A stretch of 33,814 bases of DNA, from assembly GCA_013239625.1 (NCBI GenBank), contig MU054355.1, positions 1-33,814 of the forward strand. The letters are read 5' to 3'. Below the pieces are notes generated by a model that saw nothing but the letters and a program-made list of their open reading frames with translations, was not told the DNA's origin and did not search any database. This stretch comes from Lama guanicoe. Its lineage: Eukaryota. Of the stretch, positions 24,894 to 33,814 are shown piece by piece. Made by a program: the position numbers and the translations under genes. The first letter of the stretch is position 1; every line of letters begins with the position of its first letter.

Positions 24894-27538
24894 AAAAAAA
24901 AAGGAAAACATGGAGATTAAGCAGTATTTTATTAAAAAACCAATGGTTCAATGAAGAAATCAAAGCTGAAATGAAAAAGTACTTTGAGACAAAAGAAAAT
25001 GAAAGCAAAACCACACAAAATTTATGGGACACAGCAAAAGCAGTGCTGAGAGGGGAGTTTACAGCGATAGAGGCCTTCTTCAAAAAAGAAGAACAATCAC
25101 AATTAAACAATTTAACCCACCAGCAGAATGAACTAGAAAAAGAACAACAAAAAACTCCAAAAGGCAGCAGAAGGATGGAAAAAAAAATGATGGGGAGGAA
25201 ATAAATTAAATAGAGATTAATAACACCATAGGGAAAAATTCAATGAATCCAAAAGCTGGTTTTTCAAAAAAGTAAGTAAAATGAACAAATCTCTGTCCAA
25301 ACACAAATAAAAGAAAAGAGAGAGAGCACAAAATATCAAAATGAAAGGAGAATGGAGAAATTACAACAAATAAAAAAGAAATACAGAATACCACAGGAAA
25401 ATATTATAAAATGTATATGGACATTAACTGGATAACCTAGAGGAGATGGACAAGTTTCTGGAAACATACTGTCCACCAAGACTGAATCAAGAAGAAACTG
25501 ACCCCTTGAACAAGCAGAGCACTAGAAATGAAATCAAAATAACAATATAAAATCTCCCTAAAAATAGCAGTCCTGGACCGGTTGGATTCACTGTGGAATT
25601 ATACAAAATATACAAGGAAGTACTCATACCACTCCTTCTCAAATTCTTCCAGAAGATTGAAAAGGAAGGAATACTCCCAAAGTCATTCTATGAAGCCACA
25701 ATCACCCTGATATCACAACCAGGTAAAGACACTACCAACAAAGAGGATTATAGGCCAATATCACTTATGAGCCCAGACGCCAAAATCCTCACCAAAATAG
25801 TAGCAAATAGAATCCAACAACACAGATAAAAGAGTATACAACATGACAAATTTGGGATCATGCCAGGGACACAGGGCTGGTTCAACATATGCAGATCAAT
25901 CAGTTTAATACAGCACATCAACAAGAGAAAGGACCAAAACCACATGATCATCTCAATAAATGCAGGAAAAGCATTTGGTAAAATTCAACACCAACGTATG
26001 ATAAAAACTCTCACAAAAGTGGGCATAGAGGGAACATATTTTAACACCATGAAAGCTATAGAAAACAAACCTACAGACAACATAGTACTCAATGGTGAGA
26101 AAGCCAAAATTTTCCAACCAAAATCAATGACAAGACAAGGATGCACACTATCACCACTCCAGCTCAATATAATCTTGGAAATCCTAGCCATAGCAATCAA
26201 ATAAGAGAGTGAATTTAAAGGGATGCAAATTGGAAAGGAAGGGGCAAAAGTTTCACTATATGCAGATAATATGTTACTATATATAGAAAACCCTGCAAGA
26301 TCCAGACAAAAACCACTACAGCTGATCGAAGAATTCAGCAAGTTAGCAGGTTACAAAATTAAGGATTAAAATCAGTGGCATATCTTTACACAAACGATTC
26401 AGATAATACTATAGAGCTACAGTCAACATGACAGCACTGCATTGGTAGGAAAACAAACATATAGCCCAGTGGAACAGAACAGAGAGCCCAGAAATGAATC
26501 GACAAACTTTTGGTCAATTAATTTTCGAAAAAGGAGACAAGAAAATACAATGGAATTGAGACAGACTCTTCAGCAAATGGTGTTGGGAAAACTGGACAGC
26601 AGCATGTAAATCAATGAAGCTAGAACACTCCCAATGATGCTAGAACACCATACACAAAAATAAACTCAGTATGGATCAAAGACTAAAACATAAGACAAGA
26701 TACAATAAAGCTCCTTGAGGAAAATATAGGCAAAACGTTATCAGACATAAGTCTCGGAAATCGTCTTTTAGAAGAAAATAAAGCAAGAAAAAACAAATGA
26801 GACATAATGAAACTTACAAACTTCTGCACATACAGAAACTGGAATTGAAACAAAAAGACAACCTATGGAATGGGAAAGTAATTTCCATATGAAACCGACA
26901 AAGGCTTGATCTTCAGAGTATATAACCAGCTCATCCAACTGAATAAGAAAAAATAAACAACAGAATCCAAAAATGGGCAGAAAACCTAAACAAGCGATTC
27001 TCCAAGGAAGACATACAAATGATCAAAAGACACATCAGAAAATGTTCAATATCACTGATGATCAGAGAAATGCAATTCAAAACTACAGTGAGGTATCACC
27101 TCACACTAGTCAGAATGGCCATCATTCAAAAATCCACAAATGAAAAATGCTGTAGAGGCTGTGGAGAAAAGGGAACCATCCTTCACTACTGGTGGAAATG
27201 TAGTTTGGTGTAGCCACTGTGGGAAACAGGATGAAGATTCTTTAAAAGCATAGGAATAGACTTACCATATGACCCAGGAATCCCGCTCTTGGGCATAAAT
27301 CCAGAAGGAACCCAAATTCAGGATGGCACTTGAACCCCAGTGTTCATAGCCAACACTATTTACAATAGCCAAGACATGGAAGCAGCCTAAATGTCCATCG
27401 ACTGTTGACTGGATAAAGAAGAGGTTGAATATTTATACAATGGAATACTTGTCAGCCATATAAAACGGCAACATAACGCCATTTTCAGCAACATGGATGC
27501 TTCTGGAGAAAATCAGTCTAAGTGAAGTAAGCCAGAAA
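24167..27538 (+). pseudogene. L1 ORF2 (endonuclease/reverse transcriptase), disrupted; a second copy of its 5' end lies at 22348-23073
   Basis: MAIKSNLS*INVNVNGLNAP; ORF-track fragments 24971..25204, 25593..25829, 25860..26204, 27019..27213; YADN at 26259-26270. Confidence 0.9.
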
Positions 27539-27751
27539 NNNNNNNNNNNNNNNNNNNNNNNNNNNNNNNNNNNNNNNNNNNNNNNNNNNNNNNNNNNNNN
27601 NNNNNNNNNNNNNNNNNNNNNNNNNNNNNNNNNNNNNNNNNNNNNNNNNNNNNNNNNNNNNNNNNNNNNNNNNNNNNNNNNNNNNNNNNNNNNNNNNNNN
27701 NNNNNNNNNNNNNNNNNNNNNNNNNNNNNNNNNNNNNNNNNNNNNNNNNNN
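27539..27751. other. Assembly gap (213 N) within L1 3' end
   Basis: Run of N flanked by colinear L1 3' sequence. Confidence 1.
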
Positions 27752-27873
27752 GAAGAAAAATAACAAATGTATATATATTAATTGTAACTGAAAAACTGTG
27801 CTCTACGCTGGAATTGGAGGCAACTTTGTCTAATAACTATAAATCATGAAAAAAGGAAAAAAACAGAAAAAAA

Positions 27874-30360
27874 CATGATCCTAAATATTACAGTTGCAAA
27901 TATAAATTATAGAGAAAAAACTATTCAAAATTTTTATAAAACCAAAGATTTTGTTTATGTTCTCTTTTTAAGATAAGCATAATCAAAAACCTCTAGCCAG
28001 GTGCATCATGAAGAAAATAAAGATGCTCCAAAGAAATAAAGTCAGAAATAAAAGAAGAGAAATAACAATTGTTACCTCAATTATCCAAAAATTTGTTAAT
28101 TTTCTCTACAATTATATGCCAATAAACTGGACAAATTAGAAGAAATAGACAAATGTCTAGAAAGAGACAGAGATAAGGAAAAACAAATCATTTGAACAAA
28201 CTGATTTCTAGAAGAAAGTTAGAACCTGCATTTAAAAAAATCTTTAAACATTGGTGCATATTTAAACAGCTCCCATGGAGAACTGAACAGAAATACAAAG
28301 CAGGACTTATACTCTTCAAACTATTCAAAAATAGTGAAGATGTGGGAAACTCCCAAATTAATTCTATGAAGCTTTCATCACCCTGATAGCAAAGCCAACA
28401 AAGAAAGTACAGGCAAAGACAACATCAAGCCAATATATTTGATTGATTTAGATGCAAATATTCTACAAAATATTATTAGCAAACTAAATCCAGCAATACC
28501 AAAAATGAATCATACACCATGATCAACTTGGATTCATTGCAGGGTCACAAGAGAGGTTCAACATACACAAATCAATAAGTTTGAAGCACCACATTAACAA
28601 AAGTAAAAGAGAAAATGACATGGTTATCCCAATAAATCCATCAAAGCATTTCACAAAATTCAACATTTATTCATTAGAACAGCAACAACAACAACAACAA
28701 CAATAATAACAACAGCAACAACAACAATAGAAACCTCTTACCAAAGTAGGATTAAGGAAATATATCTCAACATATCTAAAGTCATTACTCACAAACCCAC
28801 AGACAATATAATATACAAAAGTGAATAACTGAAAGCCAAATTAAGGAATACGACAAGGATATCCACACTCACCAATTCTATTAAACACAGTATGGGATGT
28901 CCTAGCCACAGCAATTGGAATAGAAAAAAATTTATTCATGTTGGATTAAATGAAGTAAATCTGTTATTATTTTAGATGACATAATAATCTATATAGAGAA
29001 CCCTAAAGATTCTCCACACCAGAACAACTAAATCTAATAAAGACATTTAACAAAGTTGCATGATTAATGACTAATATACAAAAGCTGTCACATTTCTAAA
29101 CACTAACAATGAAGTATTCCATAATTTTTTAAAATCCATATGAAATCAGATCAAAAAATGAAAAACCTATGAAAAAAACAAGATAATAAAATCAAAAGGA
29201 CACTGATAAATAAATTTGAAGAAGATGAATAGAAATGGAAAGAAATCTCAAGGTCTTATATTAGAGGAATTAATATTGTTAAAATATACATACTACAAAA
29301 GATGTCTACAGATATAAAGTGATTCAGATCGAAATACATGATCTTTTCCACAGAAATAAAAACAGTCTTATGATTTGTATGGAACTGCAAAAGAACCAGA
29401 ACTGCAAAAGAAACAATCAGGAAAAAGAACAAAGTTGGAGACATAACCCATAACCCTCCCAGATCTCAGACTATATTACAAAATACAAAATACAGTAATC
29501 AAAACAGCACAACACTGGAAAACAAATAAACATCTATATCACTGGAACAGATCACTGAGGCAGATATAAAACATCACACCTATGGTCAACTAAACTATGA
29601 CAAAGGAGACAAAAATATACAATGCCTATAAGACAGTCTTCAGCAAGTGATGTTGAGAAAGCTAGACATCTACATGTAAATCAATGAAATTAGAACACCC
29701 CCACACACTGTACAAATATAAACTCAAAATGTTTTAAATATCTGAATCTAATACATGACACAATAAAATTCCTGAAAGCTAACATAGGGAAAACAAAAGA
29801 TAAATTGCAGTAAAATTTTCCTATGTCACAATCCCAAGCTGAAAACAATAAAAGCAAAATAATCAATTAGGTCCTAATTAAACTTAAAAGCTTCTACACC
29901 GCAAAATAAACAGAATGAAAAGATGAACTTCCAAATGGGAGAAAATATTAGGAAACAGTGCAATCAACAAGAGGCTAATTTCTAAAATACACATATAGTT
30001 CATACAACTCCATTTCAAAAATCTACAAACAACTAAGCCAGAAAATGGGCAGAAGACAATTCTCTAAAAAAGACACAGAGATGACAAACAGGAACATAAA
30101 AACATGCTCACATATCTAATCATTATACAAATGCAAGACAAAAATAAAATAATGTTTTACCTCACACTTGTGAGAAGGATTGTCATCAAAATGTCTACAA
30201 ATTATAAAGACTGTGGAGGTCGTATAGAAAAAGGTACACTCCAACGCTGTTGGTGGGAATGAAAAGTGGTGCAATCACTTTGGGACAGTATGGAATTTCC
30301 TTTAAATAATAAAAATGGACCTATTATATGACCCAGCAATCCCACTCCTGGGCATATAGA
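27874..30360 (+). mobile_element. Older decayed LINE-1 ORF2 fragment (post-EN through RT to C-terminus)
   Basis: GCCAATAAACTGGACAAATTAGAAGAAAT, ACAAGGATATCCACACTCACCA (QGYPHSP), TTTAGATGACATAATAATCTATATAGAGAACCC, GACCCAGCAATCCCACTCCTGGGCATATA. Confidence 0.9.
28681..28728. repeat. (AAC)n microsatellite inside L1 ORF2
   Basis: agcaacaacaacaacaacaacaataataacaacagcaacaacaacaat. Confidence 0.93.
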
Positions 30361-30918
30361 ACATAAGACCTGAAAACAAAGAATCCTAGATTAAAACACA
30401 AGAAGTACACTTAACTTAATTTGATACCTCATATGTCTCCTCTGGCAAGGGAAGCAGAAGCAAAACTAGCAAAATATGATTATATCAGGCTAAACAGATT
30501 TACACTACAGATAAAATGATCAATAAAATGAAAACTCAACCAACACAATAGGAGAATATATTTGCAAGTGATATTTTCCAATCAAGTGTTAATATCCAAA
30601 TTATATTGCAAACTAGACACAACAACAACAAAAAAGACCAAACAATCCAATTAAAAAAAAGTCCAAAGGAACTGAATAGATATATCTGAATCAATTATCT
30701 GTAGAAAATATACAGTAGGCTAAATGACACATGAAAATCTGTTCAGAGTTATAAATTATTAGGAAAGTCATAAACCAAAAAAGAGACAAGACCTCACACT
30801 TGTCAGAAGGCTCTCATCAAGAAGAGAAAAATAGATGTTGGTGAGATTGTGGAGAAAAGGGAACACTGTGGACACTGTTGATAGGAATGCAAAGTATTAA
30901 ATCCATTGCATATAAACA
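30361..30918 (+). mobile_element. Separate LINE-1 ORF2 C-terminal fragment
   Basis: Restarts earlier in the consensus (ACATAAGACCTGAAA), runs through GGAGAATATATTTGCAAG to GTGGAGAAAAGGGAACAC. Confidence 0.82.
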
Positions 30919-30952
30919 TCAAATTTTCTGTATCCAGTTTTCTGTCAAGGGA

Positions 30953-31305
30953 TGTTGGGTTTTTAGGCCCCTGTCTGAAGGCTCTAGAGTATAAGCCCAT
31001 GGGCTGAACTGATAAACAAGCTGGGAGGAATGTCACATATCCAGGCTGGATAAGAAATGGCCTATTTAATGAAGTTCCATGATGAACTTTAAAACAATCC
31101 TTGATCATTTAATATCCTGTGCTTACTGCGGGAGCAAGTGAACATATATAGCTTAAGATTATTAACATTGTTATAACTCAGATGATATGTGAGGCATTGT
31201 ACATGTCCTATATAAAACCTTTTTCTTAGAATCAATAAACAGAACTGCTTTGCTTCTCTCCACACAGTGTTTGTGTGTATATGATATCATGCCACTGACT
31301 GGGTT
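30953..31305 (+). mobile_element. Probable solo ERV LTR
   Basis: Non-L1 island starting TGTTGGG, with TATATAAAA at 31209-31217 and AATAAA at 31234-31239 followed by a GT-rich tract; no TSD or CA terminus identified. Confidence 0.5.
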
Positions 31306-31324
31306 AATTTAATTTTTTGGGAGT

Positions 31325-32197
31325 GTCTTAAAACTATGTTGCATTATATACAATGCTCTTTCTGCACCTATTGAGATATTATGTGAGTTTTATCTCTCAT
31401 TCTATTAGTGTGGCATGTCACCTTTATTGAATTGAATATTTTGAAGTATCCTTAAACCCAGGGATAATCCCCTTTACTCATTTATGTGTATGATATATTC
31501 AATGTGTTGTTGAATTCACTTTGCTTGTGCTTTGTTGAGAATTTTGGCACAAATGTACATCAGGGTTAATACCCTTTATTTTGCATATAATGTCCTTTCT
31601 AGCATTGTTTTGCAAATAAAGCTGGCATCATAAAACATGTTTAGATACTTTCACCCCCTTCAAATTCTTGGAAGGTTTGGGGAGGAATTGGTGAGAAATT
31701 TTCTTCAAATGTATGACAGAATTCACCAGTAAAGTCATATTGTAAATATTTTTTGGTTTGGGAGGTTTGGATTACTAATTTACTCATACACACTTTTGCT
31801 GTATTTAACTTTTTAATTCCTTCTTGATTCAGTATTGGAAGACATATGTTTCTGGGAATTTATCTTTTGTTCAAGGTCATTCAAATTGTTGGCTAGTGGT
31901 AATTTCTTTTGATGCTATGCATCTCTTCAACATCAGTGGTAATATCTTCTCTTTTATTTCTAGTTTTATTTCTGTCTTTATTTTCTTAGAAAACCTAAAA
32001 CTTTGTCCAATTTATGTTTAAAACAAACAGACTTAAGTTTGTTTTTTTCTTTTCAATTGTTTCTCTTGTTATTTGCCTTACTCTCATTCATTCAATTTTC
32101 TTCTTTATTGTTTCTGTTTTCTCCTTGGTTCTTGATGTGTAAACTTAAGTAGTGTGAATCTTTGTATTTTTTAAATATTAAATATTTAATTTATTTA
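31325..32197 (-). mobile_element. Decayed LINE-1 ORF2 fragment (Z/RT N-terminal region), ends at gap
   Basis: TTTCTGCACCTATTGAGAT, CCCAGGGATAATCCC, CAGAATTCACCAGTAAAG are reverse-strand L1 ORF2 hallmarks. Confidence 0.85.
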
Positions 32198-32446
32198 NNN
32201 NNNNNNNNNNNNNNNNNNNNNNNNNNNNNNNNNNNNNNNNNNNNNNNNNNNNNNNNNNNNNNNNNNNNNNNNNNNNNNNNNNNNNNNNNNNNNNNNNNNN
32301 NNNNNNNNNNNNNNNNNNNNNNNNNNNNNNNNNNNNNNNNNNNNNNNNNNNNNNNNNNNNNNNNNNNNNNNNNNNNNNNNNNNNNNNNNNNNNNNNNNNN
32401 NNNNNNNNNNNNNNNNNNNNNNNNNNNNNNNNNNNNNNNNNNNNNN
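32198..32446. other. Assembly gap (249 N)
   Basis: Run of N. Confidence 1.
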
Positions 32447-33814
32447 TTATTTTTATATATAGTGGATAACATTTATAAATTTACAGCTCCCAAATATATC
32501 CTCTCCAAGCCCCTTTCAGCAGTAACCATAAGATTATTAAGCAGATCTGCAAGTTTGTTTCAGTTTTGTAGATGAAATCATAGTGTTCTTATCCAAATTT
32601 TTTTTTAAGTTTCTGCATATATCATGTCATGTGTTATTTTTCCTCTCTTTCTGGCTTACTTCAATTAGAATGACACACCATGGGGACATCCATTTTGTTG
32701 CAAATGTCATTGTTTTATCTTTTTTATGGCAGAATATCATTCCACTGTGTAAATATGGCATAAATTCTGTATACTTTTATATGTTGATGAACAATTAGGG
32801 TGTTTCCATGTCTTGGTTGTCGTATATAGCACTGCTAAGAACATTGGGGTGCAGGTGACATTTTGAATTAGGGTCCTCTTTGATATATACCGAGAAGTGG
32901 GATTGCTGGATCATATGTTAAGTCTATTTTTATTCTTTTGAGGAATCCCCATCCTGTTTTCCACAGTGACTGCACCAATCTACATTCCTACCAACAGTGT
33001 AGGAGGGTTCCCTTTCTCCACAGCTTCCCCAGCATTTATTGTCTGTGGACTTTTGAATGATGGCCATTGTGACTATTGTGAGCTGATACTTCATTATAGT
33101 ATTGAATTGCCGTTTTCTGATAATGATAGTGAGCAATTTTTTTCCAAATATCTGTGTGACATTTGTATGTCTCTAATGGAGAATTGCTTGTTTAGGGCTT
33201 CAGTCCATTTTCAGATTGGGTTTCTTGTTTTTTTAGGTATTACTATTAGTTTGTATGAACTCTTTATATTTTGGAAATTTAGCCTTTGTCAGTTGCATCA
33301 CTTCTAAACATTTTCTTTAATCCTGTAGGATATCATTTTGCTTTGTTCATAGTTTCCTTTGCTGTGCAAAAGCTTATAAGTTTAATTAGGTCCTATTTAT
33401 TAATTTTACTCTTACATCCATTACCTGGGTAGGCTGTTCTAGGATATCATTGCTGAGAATTATCTCAGAGTGTTTTCCGTATGTTTTCTTCTAAGAGATT
33501 TACTGTGTCTTGCATTACATTGAAGTCTTCAAGTAATTTTGAGTTTATTCTTGTGTATGGAGTGAAAGAGAGTTCTAACTCCATTGTTCTGATGCTGCTA
33601 TTCAGTTTTCCAACACCAGTTGATGTAGACATGGTCTTTTCTGTGTCATATTCTTGGCTACTCTGTAAAATATTAATTGAGCATAGGCCTGTAGATTTAT
33701 TCCTAGGCTCCCTTTTCTGTTCCATTGGTCATATGCCTGTTTCTGTACCAATATCATGATGTTTTGATTGTTGTAGCTCTGCCATAGTGTATGGAGACCA
33801 GGCAGGTTATTCCT
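32447..33814 (-). mobile_element. LINE-1 3' UTR and ORF2 C-terminus; continues beyond the window
   Basis: ORF-track 32930..33136(-) [13 protein letters not shown] and 33465..33725(-) TPYTRINSK...LLEENIRKTL. Confidence 0.92.

Larger units (their letters stand above)
19493..27873 (+). mobile_element. Formerly full-length, inactive LINE-1 (5' UTR, ORF1, ORF2, 3' UTR, A-rich tail); spans two gaps and an internal duplication
   Basis: Starts GGGGGGAAGGCAAAGATGGTGGAG; GC-rich 5' UTR; ORF1 ATG 21104 to EFSNTRPMLKQILKILL* (TAA 21950-21952); ORF2 NVNGLNAP and CCIQETH, RT YRPISLM, QGCTLSP, YADN, C-terminal [19 protein letters not shown]-rich tail ~27849-27873; many stops. Confidence 0.95.

Noticed and set aside
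24167..27538. Active retrotransposon or novel reverse transcriptase system
   Set aside because: Standard L1 ORF2 with many stops, frameshifts, YADN and an internal deletion
1..33814. CRISPR arrays, tRNA/rRNA genes, prokaryotic operons or defence systems
   Set aside because: No regularly spaced repeat-spacer units or RNA-gene signatures; the sequence is mammalian

Overview
Mammalian, AT-rich, repeat-saturated genomic DNA from a scaffold with five sized N gaps. The only host-gene sequence is a two-exon, intron-retaining HSFY (heat shock transcription factor, Y-linked) pseudogene on the + strand at 3479-4896. Its 5' end is hidden in a gap; the visible part has four in-frame nonsense codons and no frameshift. 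Downstream lie a probable L2 remnant and a very decayed ERVL-class provirus (LTR40/HERVL40-like) on the - strand. The rest is about a dozen adjacent or interrupting LINE-1 pieces in both orientations, a probable solo LTR and several microsatellites. One L1 is a once full-length, dead copy (19493-27873) with a ~99% identical 1240-bp duplication on either side of an assembly gap. An intron-containing HSFY, extreme L1 density and no visible SINEs point to Y-chromosome (probably ampliconic) DNA, and the L1 termini resemble camelid L1 as I recall it (inference). I found no intact protein-coding gene and no convincing novel biological system. The best leads concern HSFY amplification and decay, and local rearrangement or assembly structure.
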